A stretch of DNA of 64,000 nt from Anaeromyxobacteraceae bacterium (lineage in GTDB: Bacteria; Myxococcota; Myxococcia; Myxococcales; Anaeromyxobacteraceae). The position numbers were made by a program, and so were the translations under genes. Positions within the stretch are counted from its first letter, which is position 1, and every line of letters begins with the position of its first letter. The notes under the pieces were generated by a model. It did not search any database. It saw only the letters and a program-made list of their open reading frames with translations, and was not told where the DNA came from. The DNA lies in the NCBI GenBank assembly GCA_047602405.1, contig JASGHJ010000002.1, positions 2,752,001 through 2,816,000 on the forward strand. Direction: 5' to 3'. Positions 54,218 to 64,000 of the stretch are shown here, piece by piece.

Positions 54218-55442
54218 TTGAAGTGCAAGCAGTGCGGCGCGACCCTGGACCTGACGATGAGCGCCTGTCCTTCCTGCGGGAAGGACGTGGAGCTCGGCCG
54301 GCTCACCGGCATCCTCGGCATGGTCTGCCGCTCGTGCGACGCCTACAACGAGCCCGGCGTGAAGATCTGCGCCGCCTGCGGGAAGCCGCTCGGCACGCAG
54401 CCGGTGGAGCCCGCCCCGCCGCCGCCCGCCCCCGCGCCCGTCGCCGCCCCGGTCGCGCCCCCGGCCCCGGCGTTCACCCCGCCCGTGCCGGCCGCGGCCG
54501 GCGCTGCCAGCCGGCCGAAGCCGGCCGCGACCCGCTTCGTGCCCTCCCAGGCGCGCGCCTCCGGCCCGGCCGCCCCGCTCAACGTCGCGCCGCTCGCGCC
54601 CGGCGGGCCGGCCACCCCCGGCGGCCCGGTCGCCCTCGTCACGAAGTGCCCCCGCTGCGGCGCGGACGCCCAGGGCGCCTTCTGCGCCTCCTGCGGCCAG
54701 CCGCTCGGCCCCCGGGGCACGGCGGTCATGAGGTCGACGCCCGCCCCGGGCGTGAAGACCGCCACCCAGAATCTTCGGGGCGCTCACCCCGGGCCGCGCG
54801 AAGCTCGTGCTCGAGCGCGGCAGCGGCAACGAGGGCTCCACGTTCCGGCTCAACGCGGAGAACGTCGAGGCCGGCCGCACGAAGGGCGCGGTCATCTTCC
54901 CCGACGACCCCTGCCTCGCGCCGCACCACGCGACCTTCTTCTACCGGGAGGGCAACCTCCACGTGCGCGACGAGGGCGCGCCGGGCGGCCTCTACCTGCG
55001 CCTGCGCGGCCTCTCGGTGCCGATCCGCCCGGGCGACCACTTCGTGGTCGGCGACCGGCTGCTCCGCTACGCGGGCCCGCTCCCTCCCTCGCCGCCGGGC
55101 CCGCCCGACGGCACCCGCCGCCTGGGCGCGCCGCGCCCCACCGGCAACGCGGTCGTCATCGAGGAGTGGATGGAGGGCGGCGCCGCCGGCCGCGTCTACG
55201 TCCGCGGCGGCCCGTCCGTCACCATCGGCCGGGCGGGTTGCGCCGTGAACCTCGGCGACGACCCGTTCCTCTCGCAGGCCCACGCCGAGGTGCTGGTCGA
55301 GCCGGACGGCAACGCCCGCCTGCGCGACCTCTCGTCGTCGAACGGCACCTTCGTCCGCGTGCCGCCGCACGCCGAGCGCGAGCTGCGCGACGGCGACTGC
55401 GTGCGCCTCGGCCGCGAGGTGCTGCGCGTCGCGGTGGCCTGA
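54218..55442 (+). CDS. Zinc-ribbon and tandem FHA domain protein; +1 frameshift at ~54770
   Basis: Three CxxC..CxxC ribbons; FHA IGRAGC...SQAHA...SSNGTF; removing one A at 54770 joins the frames (TQIFGALTPGRAKLVLE). Confidence 0.85.
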
Positions 55443-55486
55443 CGGCGGCCCGCCCCCCCGGCGGGCTGCCCCTCCCACGAAGAGAC

Positions 55487-55519
55487 GACCCCGGAGGCCC
55501 GCGAAGGGCCCCCGGGGTC
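55487..55519. terminator. Stem-loop between convergent genes
   Basis: GACCCCGG-A-GGCCC-GCGAA-GGGCC-C-CCGGGGTC. Confidence 0.5.
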
Positions 55520-55566
55520 ATGAGGTCACTCCGGCCCGGCCGCCCCGCGGAGCGGGGCTGCCGGTT

Positions 55567-58392
55567 TCACGGCCCGCACGAGAAGCCGGCCAGGTTGAGC
55601 GTGACCGCGCGGACGCTGCCCGTGTCGGTCGACACGAGGTCGCTCACGTTGAACGTCCAGGTACCGTCGGCGGTGGTGCCGACGAAGGCCGAGAGCGGCG
55701 ACGCCGGCTTGAACGTGCCGGTCCACGGCGCGCCGGACGAGGTGATGTTCTGGATCGAGGTCGCCCCCGCGTCGGAGAGGACCGTCTTGCAGAAGTTGTT
55801 GCCGCTGTTGCTCGTGCCACCCGGGCGCGAGAACAGGGTGACGGTCACGCCGGACGGCGAGGTGAGCTTCGCGACGAGGTCGCCCACCCAGGAGTGGTCG
55901 AGGCCGACGGTGGTCGAGCCCACGGCGGTCGAGCAGGTCGTGCCGTCGATCGAGAAGGTGAGGCCTCCCACGACCCCGACGCCGGAGACCGGGATCGCGA
56001 CGTTCACGCCGGCGGCGTTGTTGTCCGGGATCGCGGCGCGCGGGCCGGTGAAGGAGAACGCGGTCGCCGTGGCGGACGGCGCGCCGGTCTGCGCGGCGAC
56101 CGCGAAGGCCGCGGGGCTCGTGCCGTTCCCGCGGAACGCGACCGAGAGGTTGAACGAGAGCCGCTGCCCGCACGTCACGGACGGATCCACCGTGAAGGCG
56201 AACGGGGTCACGTTCGCGCCGGAGGCGCCGGAGGCGAGGTTCGGGTAGGCCGAGGTCCCGCCGGTGACGGTCACGCCCGGGGTGCCGCTCGTGAGCGCGC
56301 CGACGACGTTGCGGGCCTGCGCGCCACCCTCGTTGAGGAGGGTCACGGAGAGGGTCCCCGAGCCGCCCGGGTTGATGGCCGTGGCGCCGCCCCCGGGGGT
56401 GGCGGTGGTGGACTGGACCGCCAGGTGCACCGCGGGCTTCGCCCCGATGTTCTGGAGCGCCGTCTTCGCCTCGGGGATGCCCATGCCCGAGTCGCGGTCC
56501 CACCCGCCGGCCGCCTCGATGTCGATGGCGCTGTTGAGGAGCGCCTGGGTCACGTGCCAGCCGTCCTCGACCGGGTTGCCCTGCTTCACGAGGGCCGCGA
56601 GGCCGCCGATGTGCGGCGCGGCGGCGGAGGTGCCGAAGAACGGGTTGAGGCCCGAGCCCGAGGGCAGCGTGGTGCTCACCCCGTCGGCGCCTGCGAGGTC
56701 CGGCTTCCAGCGCCACTCCGGCTGGCCCTCGAGGTAGGTGGCCGCGGGGCCGATGAGGTTGCCGGAGCGGTCGTAGAAGATGGGCCGCGGGCCGTCGGCG
56801 CTGTAGAGCTCGACCTGGGTGGTCGGGCCGCCGACGAACTGGCCGGCGCCCGCCTGGGCGACGTCCACGGCGGCGGCGCTGATGGCGTCCTGCGCGGCGC
56901 TGTGACCGTACGTGGAGCCGTGCGTCGCGATGCCGTACTCGCCGGCGAAGATCACGGTGCGCAGCGCGCGGTCCGGCGCGCCGGCCTTCTTCGCGATGAC
57001 GACGCGGTACTCCGCGGGGACGTTGAACCCGAGGAACTCGAACGGCAGATCGTCGCCATCCTGGATGTCGGTCGCGGCGACCGCCACCGAGCGCAGGTCC
57101 GGGGTGAGGACGAAGATGTCGTAGTCACTCCCGGAGGCCGGGGCGTCGAGCGTGCCGGGGTCCGCCCAGTGCAGGATGATGGGACCGCCGCCGAGCTCGA
57201 TGCGGTTGGAGACGGCGCCGTTGCCGAAGTCGTGGACCTCGTAGCCGCTCGGGAGCGTGGCGAAGGTCCCGGCGGAGGTGAAGTCGCCCTCCCAGGTGCC
57301 GGAGGTGCCGTCGTTGAAGTTGCCCTGGTTGCCCGCGGAGGAGACGTAGACGGCGCCGTCGGCGGTCACGTCCGCCACGGCCTGGGCGATGATGTCGTCC
57401 TGATACGGCGACTCGAAGTAGTAGATGATGTCGTCGACGATGACGTCGCAGCCGTAGGTGAAGCGCAGCGCGCGGATGTTGTCGGCGAACGACTCCGGGC
57501 TGTTGAACGCCGTCGCGAAGAAGAGCTTCGCGCCCGGCGCGACGTCGTGGACGATCTCCATCATCGCCGTGCCCTCGCCGGAGCCGGGGCGGCCGTCCTG
57601 GCCCGGGATCGTCACGGTGTCGGCGGGGAGGTCGCCGGAGGCGATGGAGGCCTCCTTGAAGTCGTCGGAGTCGGAGAGGACGCCCACCTTCACCCCGGTG
57701 CCGTCCACGTCGTAGAACTTGCGGGCCGCGTCGGCGTTGTGCGCGTTCGACCCGGCCGAGGTGGCCGCGCCGGCGAAGGTCGTGGCGCCGCCGTCGCTGA
57801 CGGCCGCGGTCGACGAGCGCGGCGCGAAGGCCATCTCGCCCAGCGCCTTGCGGGTGGCCGCGAGCTGCTCGGCGCGCGTCACGTTGAAGGACGCCTTCAG
57901 GCCGGCGCTCGCGGGAGGGTCGTGCCGCGTGGTGGCGGCGAGGTAGGCCATCTTGACCGCCTGCACGCCGCGGAGGGAGGCGAGGTCCTCGAGGCGGCCG
58001 AGGTCGATCCAGACGCGGGCGCTGCGGTGCGACGGCAGGCGGTTCACGACCTTGCCGCCGAGCAGGGCCACGTCGACGTCGAGCTCGCCGCCGAGATCGC
58101 CCTTCAGGTCGACGAGCACGCGGTTCAGCTCGTCGCGCTGCTCCATGCTCTCGAGCCCGCCGCCCTTCACCTCGGCGCCGGGCAGGCCGTCGCGGAGGTA
58201 GAGGAGCTGCGAGGAGACCTTGAGCTGCGCGGGTGTGCGGGCCTGCTTCGCCGCGATGATCGCCTCCATCTGGGCGACGGCGTCCGGGTGCAGCGCCGGT
58301 CCTCCCGACGTCCGATCCTGCTGTGCGGGTCCGCGCGCGCAGCCGGCTACGGCGAGCGCGAACGTGAGTACGAGCCTGCTCCGATGGGCCAT
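55567..58392 (-). CDS. Subtilase-like serine protease lipoprotein (Glu in place of catalytic His) with C-terminal proprotein convertase P-domain
   Basis: Lipobox VAGC; VGVLSDS, GEGTAMMEIVHD, SSAGN, FFGTSAAAPH; P-domain HSWVGDL..LTSPSG, DGTWTFNVSD. Confidence 0.88.
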   Translation of the reverse strand: MAHRSRLVLTFALAVAGCARGPAQQDRTSGGPALHPDAVAQMEAIIAAKQARTPAQLKVSSQLLYLRDGLPGAEVKGGGLESMEQRDELNRVLVDLKGDLGGELDVDVALLGGKVVNRLPSHRSARVWIDLGRLEDLASLRGVQAVKMAYLAATTRHDPPASAGLKASFNVTRAEQLAATRKALGEMAFAPRSSTAAVSDGGATTFAGAATSAGSNAHNADAARKFYDVDGTGVKVGVLSDSDDFKEASIASGDLPADTVTIPGQDGRPGSGEGTAMMEIVHDVAPGAKLFFATAFNSPESFADNIRALRFTYGCDVIVDDIIYYFESPYQDDIIAQAVADVTADGAVYVSSAGNQGNFNDGTSGTWEGDFTSAGTFATLPSGYEVHDFGNGAVSNRIELGGGPIILHWADPGTLDAPASGSDYDIFVLTPDLRSVAVAATDIQDGDDLPFEFLGFNVPAEYRVVIAKKAGAPDRALRTVIFAGEYGIATHGSTYGHSAAQDAISAAAVDVAQAGAGQFVGGPTTQVELYSADGPRPIFYDRSGNLIGPAATYLEGQPEWRWKPDLAGADGVSTTLPSGSGLNPFFGTSAAAPHIGGLAALVKQGNPVEDGWHVTQALLNSAIDIEAAGGWDRDSGMGIPEAKTALQNIGAKPAVHLAVQSTTATPGGGATAINPGGSGTLSVTLLNEGGAQARNVVGALTSGTPGVTVTGGTSAYPNLASGASGANVTPFAFTVDPSVTCGQRLSFNLSVAFRGNGTSPAAFAVAAQTGAPSATATAFSFTGPRAAIPDNNAAGVNVAIPVSGVGVVGGLTFSIDGTTCSTAVGSTTVGLDHSWVGDLVAKLTSPSGVTVTLFSRPGGTSNSGNNFCKTVLSDAGATSIQNITSSGAPWTGTFKPASPLSAFVGTTADGTWTFNVSDLVSTDTGSVRAVTLNLAGFSCGP

Positions 58393-58665
58393 GGAGTTTC
58401 CCCTTCCCCGAGGCGACGAACGCGCCAGGGACGCGTTTCGCGCTGAGTGAGAACGGGCACGTATCAGGCGCTTGCCAGGTCGACAGGTCCCCGGCGGGGC
58501 GCAGGTGTACGATTTCGTGCACCCCGGGGGTGGCGTTCCTCGTCACACCTTCAGGGCACGAGCGGGCGAAACCGCAGGAGCGGGGAGAACCGCGCGACCC
58601 CGGCGGGTTCACGCAGCGCGAAAACGGCCGGCGACGGACCGGACGGCCCGGGCTGCCGCGGCGCG

Positions 58666-60285
58666 CTACTGCAGCGTGTCGAGGATCGAGCGGACCTTCG
58701 CGGCGTCCGGCGGGTTCGTCGCGAGGTAGCGCGTGTAGTGCGTCCGCGCCTTCCTCGTGTCGCCCTTCAGCTGGTAGCAGAGGCCGAGGCGCTTCTGGAC
58801 GTCGGCGAGGCCGGGATCGGCGGCCTCGGCCGCGAGGTAGAGCTTGATGGCGCCGTCCATGTCCATCTCTCCGCGCTTCGCCTCGGCGCGCCTGTAGAAC
58901 GCGAGCGCCTTCGCCGGATCGGTTCCCTTCGGCGAGACCTTCGTCGGGCCGGGCACCGGCGCCGGGTCGGCCTTCGGAGGATCGGCGGGCACCTGCTGCG
59001 CCACCGGCTCCACCTTCGGCGGATCGGCGGGCGGCGGCTGCACCGGCTGGGGCGGCGGCTGGACCGGCTGGGCGGGCGGCGTCACCTGCGCCTGCTGCGG
59101 CGAGATGGAGTCCGGGTGGCCCTGGCGGTCCGAGACCTCCTTCCGCGTCATCATCACGACGGCGCCGCCGCCCACGACCGCGAGCAGCACGATCGCGCCG
59201 ACGATCACCGGGACCTTGCTCTTCACGGCGGGCGCGTCGGCGTGCGTGGGCGCCGGGGCGGCCGCCGGGGCCGGAGCCTTCGTCGCCGGGGCGGTCGCCG
59301 CCATCTGCACCGCGGTCTGGCGCGCCGGCTCCTTCGCGCCCTTCGCGGCGGCGACGAGCGCGTTGCTCATCTCCTCGGCCGACTGGAAGCGCTTCCCCGG
59401 ATCCTTGTCGAGCGCGCGGGAGATGACGCCCTCGAGCGCGGGGGAGATCTGGAGGTCCGGCCGGCGGGTGCGCACCGGCACCGGCGCTTGCGAGAGGTGC
59501 GCCGTCAGGTAGCCGACCGGCGTGTCGGAGGTGAACGGCAGATCGCCGGTCGCCATCTGGTAGAGGATGACGCCCATCGAGTAGAGGTCGCTGCGCGCGT
59601 CGAGCTCGGCGCCCTTCGCCTGCTCGGGGCTCATGTACTCCGGCGTGCCGCACACGAGGCCGGCCTGGGTGAGCTTCGGCTCGTTCGCGCCGGGCGAGAT
59701 GATCTTCGCGATGCCGAAGTCGAGCACCTTCACGTGATCGGGCTGGTCGCGCCGGGGCTCGACCATCACGTTCTCGGGCTTGAGGTCGCGGTGGATCACG
59801 CCCTGCGCGTGCGCCTCGGCGAGCGCGGAGAGGATCTGCGCGCCGATGCGGGCGATGCGCGCGTCGCCGAGCGGGAAGTCCTCGGCGATGACGCGGGCGA
59901 GGTCGCGGCCGCCCAGGAACTCCATCGCCATGAAGAGCGTGCCGTCCTCGGCGTTACCGAAGTCGAGCACCGCGATGGAGTTGGGGTGGTTGAGCTTCGA
60001 GGCCGCGCGCGCCTCGCGCTGGAAGCGCTGCACGATCTGCGGATCGTCGGAGTACGCCTGGTGGAGCATCTTCAGCACGACCGGCCGGTCCAGCGTCAGG
60101 TGGCGGGCGCGGTACACCCGGCCCATGCCGCCCTGGCCGAGGAGGGCCTCGACGCGGAACTTGCCGTTGACGGTCCGCCCGATGAACGGGTCCGGCGCCT
60201 CCTCGGGGGCGACGGCCGCGCCGCAGAACGGGCAGAAGCGGCTGTCGTCTTCGATGGACTGGCGGCACTCGGGGCAGGCGCGCAT
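58666..60285 (-). CDS. Hanks-type Ser/Thr protein kinase (zinc ribbon, kinase, TM, TPR-like C-terminus)
   Basis: GQGGMGRVY, HRDLKPEN, DFGIAK, GTPEYMSPEQ; TM IVGAIVLLAVVGGGAVV. Confidence 0.95.
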   Translation of the reverse strand: MRACPECRQSIEDDSRFCPFCGAAVAPEEAPDPFIGRTVNGKFRVEALLGQGGMGRVYRARHLTLDRPVVLKMLHQAYSDDPQIVQRFQREARAASKLNHPNSIAVLDFGNAEDGTLFMAMEFLGGRDLARVIAEDFPLGDARIARIGAQILSALAEAHAQGVIHRDLKPENVMVEPRRDQPDHVKVLDFGIAKIISPGANEPKLTQAGLVCGTPEYMSPEQAKGAELDARSDLYSMGVILYQMATGDLPFTSDTPVGYLTAHLSQAPVPVRTRRPDLQISPALEGVISRALDKDPGKRFQSAEEMSNALVAAAKGAKEPARQTAVQMAATAPATKAPAPAAAPAPTHADAPAVKSKVPVIVGAIVLLAVVGGGAVVMMTRKEVSDRQGHPDSISPQQAQVTPPAQPVQPPPQPVQPPPADPPKVEPVAQQVPADPPKADPAPVPGPTKVSPKGTDPAKALAFYRRAEAKRGEMDMDGAIKLYLAAEAADPGLADVQKRLGLCYQLKGDTRKARTHYTRYLATNPPDAAKVRSILDTLQ

Positions 60286-60393
60286 GGCCGCATCTTAGCG
60301 AGACCTCGGGGAAAGTGCGCGCCTGCCGGGTGGCCAGGGGCCGGCCGGAATCCGGTTTGACCGCCGGGGCGGGCCGTGGCGAAATGCGGGACC

Positions 60394-61353
60394 ATGGCGA
60401 GCAGCACGAGGTGCCCGCGGTGCGGCCGCGAGAACGAGGCGACGTTCGCGTTCTGCCTGGACTGCGGCCAGTCGCTGCGGCCGGCCTCTCCCCCGACCGA
60501 GGCCCTCTGCACGAAGTGTGGGCAGCCTCTCCAGCCGGGCTTCAAGTTCTGCGGCCACTGCGGCAGCCCCGTCCAGTCCGCCCCGGCGCCGGCGGCGTCC
60601 CCCGCCCCGCCCGCACCTCCCCCGCGACAGGCCACGGGCACCGGCGTCCACGGCGCTCCCGCCCCGGAGGCGCCCGCGCCGGCGCCGGCCGCGGCCGCGG
60701 CGCCGAACGCGAGCGCTGGCGGCACCCAGGTGCGCCTGTCCGCGGTCCGCCACGACGGCCTGCCGGGGGCGGTCTACCTCCTCGATCGGGCGGAGACGGT
60801 CTGCGGCCGGATCGACGGCGACATCCGCATCGCCGAGGACGCCACCATCTCGCCCAGGCACGCCCGCTTCTCCCTGCGTGGAGGGGCGCTCTCGGTCGAG
60901 GACCTCGGGAGCGTCAACGGCACCTTCATCCGGATCCGCTCCGCCCGCCGGCTCTCGGTGGGCGACGAGTTCCGCATCGGTCGCCAGCTCCTCCGGGTCG
61001 AGCCGCTCGTGCGGCCGCCCCCGCCGGTCGACGGCGCGGCGAGGCCCTGGGGGACGCCGGACTCCGGCTTCCGCTACCGGCTCTCGCAGCTGCTCGAGGG
61101 CGGCGGGCTCGGCGAGGTGTTCCCGCTCAAGGAGGGCGAGAACGCCATCGGCCGCGAGGCGGGCGACGTGACCTTCCCGAACGACCGCTACGTGTCGGCG
61201 CGCCACGCCCGGCTCGACGTGAAGCCGGACGGCATCACGCTGACCGACGTGGGCAGCTCGAACGGCACGTTCGTGAAGGTGGCCGGCTCGATCGAGCTCG
61301 GCAACGGCGATCAGCTGCTCGTGGGCGGGCAGCTGCTGCGGGTCGACGCGTAG
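60394..61353 (+). CDS. Double zinc-ribbon and tandem FHA domain protein
   Basis: CPRC/CLDC, CTKC/CGHC; two FHA with GR..SxxH..NGT. Confidence 0.9.
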   Translation: MASSTRCPRCGRENEATFAFCLDCGQSLRPASPPTEALCTKCGQPLQPGFKFCGHCGSPVQSAPAPAASPAPPAPPPRQATGTGVHGAPAPEAPAPAPAAAAAPNASAGGTQVRLSAVRHDGLPGAVYLLDRAETVCGRIDGDIRIAEDATISPRHARFSLRGGALSVEDLGSVNGTFIRIRSARRLSVGDEFRIGRQLLRVEPLVRPPPPVDGAARPWGTPDSGFRYRLSQLLEGGGLGEVFPLKEGENAIGREAGDVTFPNDRYVSARHARLDVKPDGITLTDVGSSNGTFVKVAGSIELGNGDQLLVGGQLLRVDA

Positions 61354-61716
61354 CTACCCGAACGACTTCTCCTTCTGCTCCTGCTCTTCCTTGCAGCGGA
61401 TGCAGAGGGTGGTGACCGGCCGCGCCTCGAGGCGCTTCGCCGAGATCTCCTCCTCGCACTTCTCGCAGATGCCGAAGGTCCCGCTCTCGATGCGGGCGAG
61501 GGCCTTGTCGATCTTGGCGAGGAGGAACTTCTCGCGGTCGCGCAGGCGGAAGATCATCGACTGCGAGTACTCGCTGGACGCGAGGTCGATCTCGTCGGGC
61601 AGATCGTCGGTGTCGAAGCTCGACTCCTCCGTCAGCGTCTTCTTCGCCGACATGAGGAGCTGCTTCTTCGACTCCTCGAGCATCGTCTTGAACTTCTTCA
61701 TGTCCTTCTTGTTCAA
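61354..61716 (-). CDS. dksA: RNA polymerase-binding factor DksA/TraR
   Basis: DEIDLA (DxxDxA), GICEKCEEEI..RLEARP...CIRC. Confidence 0.93.
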   Translation of the reverse strand: MNKKDMKKFKTMLEESKKQLLMSAKKTLTEESSFDTDDLPDEIDLASSEYSQSMIFRLRDREKFLLAKIDKALARIESGTFGICEKCEEEISAKRLEARPVTTLCIRCKEEQEQKEKSFG

Positions 61717-61769
61717 GCGAACCTCGCTGACCCGCGCCAGGGGGGATATCGGCCCGAAAAAGGAGGAGG

Positions 61770-61799
61770 AAGCTAGTCTTCACGCCCCCCCGGTGTCAA
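61770..61799 (-). promoter_or_regulatory. Sigma70-type promoter of dksA
   Basis: TTGACA-N18-TAGCTT upstream of TTG 61716. Confidence 0.6.
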
Positions 61800-61884
61800 G
61801 CCGACCCCGCCACACATCGAAGCGCCGAGAAGCCACGTGGTCCCGAACCTTTACAGGGTCGCCACCTCGGCGGAGACTCGCGCC

Positions 61885-62769
61885 ATGCCCGAGGGCAAGT
61901 TCGACCGTGAGTTCCTGAGGGGCGCGCTGGTGCTCACCGGCCGCTCGGACGTGGACCGGCTCCTGCTCGTGTCCGACCAGCCGCTGTCCCCGAGCGAGAT
62001 CCGCGGCCGCCCGATCAAGAAGAAGCTCGTCTACGCGGTCACCGCCGAGGCGATCGCGAAGGAGCTCCGCGCGAAGAAGTACAACGCGGTGCTCATCCCG
62101 CCGTACGACTACACCCGCATCGAGAAGATCAAGGTCGCGGTCGTCGCGGCCCAGTCGGCCGGGCTGCTGCGCGACGGCGACACGGTCCTCGCGCTCTCCG
62201 GCCCGGGCCAGGACAAGGTGGTCGACACGCTCGTGAAGGTGGAGATCGGCTCGGAGGACCCGGAGGAGAAGATCCGGGTCGACACGCTCGGGCTGCCGCC
62301 GGAGTTCTCGTCGCAGGTGGTCGAGAGCCTCATCCACACCGCGATGGAGATCGGCGCGGAGGGCTACGAGGGCAACCCGGTCGGCACCATCATCGTGGTC
62401 GGCGACGCCACCGCGGTGATGGAGAAGAGCCGCCAGCTCATCCTCAACCCGTTCCAGGGCATCAGCGAGGCGGAGCGCAACGCGCTCGACCCGCCGATCC
62501 GCGAGGCGGTGAAGACCTTCTCCGCCCTCGACGGCGCGTTCGTCATCCGGGAGGACGGCGTCGTGCTCGCCGCCGGCCGCTACCTCCTCACCATGTCACG
62601 GGACGTGAAGCTGCCGATGGGCCTCGGCGCCCGCCACTCCGCGGCCGCCTCCATCACCGCAGAGTCGAAGTGCGTCGCGGTCACCGTCTCCCAGACCACC
62701 GGCACGGTGCGGGTGTTCCGGGAGGGCGGAATCGTCCTCGAGCTGCGCCAGCGGCTCCGCCGCGTGTGA
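61885..62769 (+). CDS. Diadenylate cyclase (DisA_N/DAC) domain protein, DacZ-like
   Basis: LNPFQG, SALDGAFVI (DGA), GLGARHSAA, VSQTTG. Confidence 0.85.
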   Translation: MPEGKFDREFLRGALVLTGRSDVDRLLLVSDQPLSPSEIRGRPIKKKLVYAVTAEAIAKELRAKKYNAVLIPPYDYTRIEKIKVAVVAAQSAGLLRDGDTVLALSGPGQDKVVDTLVKVEIGSEDPEEKIRVDTLGLPPEFSSQVVESLIHTAMEIGAEGYEGNPVGTIIVVGDATAVMEKSRQLILNPFQGISEAERNALDPPIREAVKTFSALDGAFVIREDGVVLAAGRYLLTMSRDVKLPMGLGARHSAAASITAESKCVAVTVSQTTGTVRVFREGGIVLELRQRLRRV

Positions 62770-62771
62770 CC

Positions 62772-64000
62772 GTGCCCGCCCCGAAGGACGCCACCTCCCC
62801 CGGGCGCGGGCCCGCCGCGGCCACCCCGGACCCCCGGCTGGATCGGATCGCCCTCGGCCTCGTCGCGCTGGCGACCGCGTTCCACGTCGTCTACGCGGGC
62901 CTCCTCGCGCTCTCGCCGCAGGAGGCCTACTACTGGACCTGGTCGCGCGACCTCTCGCTCTCGTACTTCGACCACCCGCCGCTCGCGGCCTGGACCATCC
63001 GCGCGTTCACGACGGTCTTCGGCGACTCCGAGCGGGCCATCCGGCTCGCCGCCGCGTTCCACTCGACGGTCTTCGCGGTGTTCCTCTGGCTCTCGACGCG
63101 GCGCCTGTTCGGCTCGCGCGCCGCGCTGGTGGCGCTCGCCGGCGGGCTCTCGGTGCCGCTCTTCGCGCTCGGGCAGGTCGTCATCACGCCCGACGGGCCG
63201 CTCCTCTCCGGCTGGGCGATGGCGCTCTACTTCACGGTGCGCGCGCTCGACGACGAGGAGCCGCGCTGGCTCGTCCTCGCGGGCGCCGCGGCCGGGTGGG
63301 CCATGCTCGGGAAGTACACGGGCGGCCTGCTCCTGCCGCAGGTCCTCGCGGTGCTCCTCCTCGACGCGCGCGGCCGCCGCATGCTCGCGACGCCGTGGCC
63401 CTGGCTCGGCGCCGTGCTCGCCCTCGCGCTCTTCTCGCCCGTGGTGCTCTGGAACGCCCGGCACGGCTGGGCGAGCTTCGGCTTCCAGACGACCGAGCGG
63501 GCGCACGCCTCGCACTTCCGGCCGGTGCTCGTCGGGCGGTTCCTCGGGCTGCAGGCCGGGCTCGTGACGCCGGTCATGCTGGTCCTGCTCGTCGAGGCCG
63601 TGGTGCAGGCGTTCCGGCGCCGGGCCGACGACGCCTTCCGGCTCTGCCTCGTCTTCGCCGCGCCGCTCATGCTCATCGCGGCGGTCGTCTCGCCGGTGCA
63701 CTGGGTGAAGGGCAACTGGCTCGCGCCGGCCTACCCGGCCGCGCTCGCCGCGGCCGCGGCGCTGTTCCTCGAGGGCGGCTGGCGGCGGAGGGCCGGCCTC
63801 GCCGCGCTCGCGGTCGCCCTCCTCGGCGGCGTGTACGTGCACCTCGTGCCGCTCGTCCCGGCGGTGCCGTTCCCGGCGCGCGACGAGGGCTCGGCCGGCT
63901 GGCGAGAGCTCGCGGCGCGGGTGGAGGCGGAGCGCGCGGCGCTCCCCGCCGACGCGTTCGTCGCCGGCTGCAACTACAAGGTCTCCGCCGAGCTCGGCTA
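62772..64000 (+). CDS. ArnT/PMT-like glycosyltransferase (GT39/83), 3' truncated by window
   Basis: Manual translation from GTG 62772: LSPQEAYYWTWSRDLSLSYFDHPPL, TPDGP, LGKYTG; many TM segments; no stop before the window end. Confidence 0.85.
   Translation, partial: MPAPKDATSPGRGPAAATPDPRLDRIALGLVALATAFHVVYAGLLALSPQEAYYWTWSRDLSLSYFDHPPLAAWTIRAFTTVFGDSERAIRLAAAFHSTVFAVFLWLSTRRLFGSRAALVALAGGLSVPLFALGQVVITPDGPLLSGWAMALYFTVRALDDEEPRWLVLAGAAAGWAMLGKYTGGLLLPQVLAVLLLDARGRRMLATPWPWLGAVLALALFSPVVLWNARHGWASFGFQTTERAHASHFRPVLVGRFLGLQAGLVTPVMLVLLVEAVVQAFRRRADDAFRLCLVFAAPLMLIAAVVSPVHWVKGNWLAPAYPAALAAAAALFLEGGWRRRAGLAALAVALLGGVYVHLVPLVPAVPFPARDEGSAGWRELAARVEAERAALPADAFVAGCNYKVSAELG

Noticed and set aside
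58555..58610. c-di-GMP-I riboswitch-like GGGCGAAACC
   Set aside because: Wrong strand for the downstream gene and lacks the GCAAAG/P2 consensus.

Overview
Very GC-rich bacterial chromosome segment. Gene content and style (sigma54 sites, STK/FHA proteins, large secreted lipoproteins) suggest an Anaeromyxobacter-like myxobacterium; this is an inference. Left to right: the 3' part of a SNF2 helicase; a glycan/methyl-sugar island (methyltransferases, GT9-GT2 fusion, a tandem-duplicated GT-like/methyltransferase protein, Gmd-like enzyme, NDP-hexose C-methyltransferase); a large BNR-repeat lipoprotein; a ~550-nt densely base-paired intergenic region (candidate large ncRNA); glpA-glpB-GT2-ferredoxin-lipid kinase; msrA; aspS; recJ; a serA-like gene; an S8 protease with a PrcB-like partner; queA-PilZ-tgt-yajC-secDF; two divergent KamA-family radical SAM genes; a Phd-VapC toxin-antitoxin pair; RidA; an HNH cassette with structured flanks; rel; a K+ channel; FHA/STK genes; a Glu-type subtilase; dksA; a diadenylate cyclase-domain gene; and a partial ArnT/GT39 gene. 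Several genes carry single-base frameshifts that look like long-read errors, three of them at the same motif (AGATC read as AGAATC). No rRNA, tRNA or CRISPR array was seen. All calls come from reading the sequence by eye; no searches were run.
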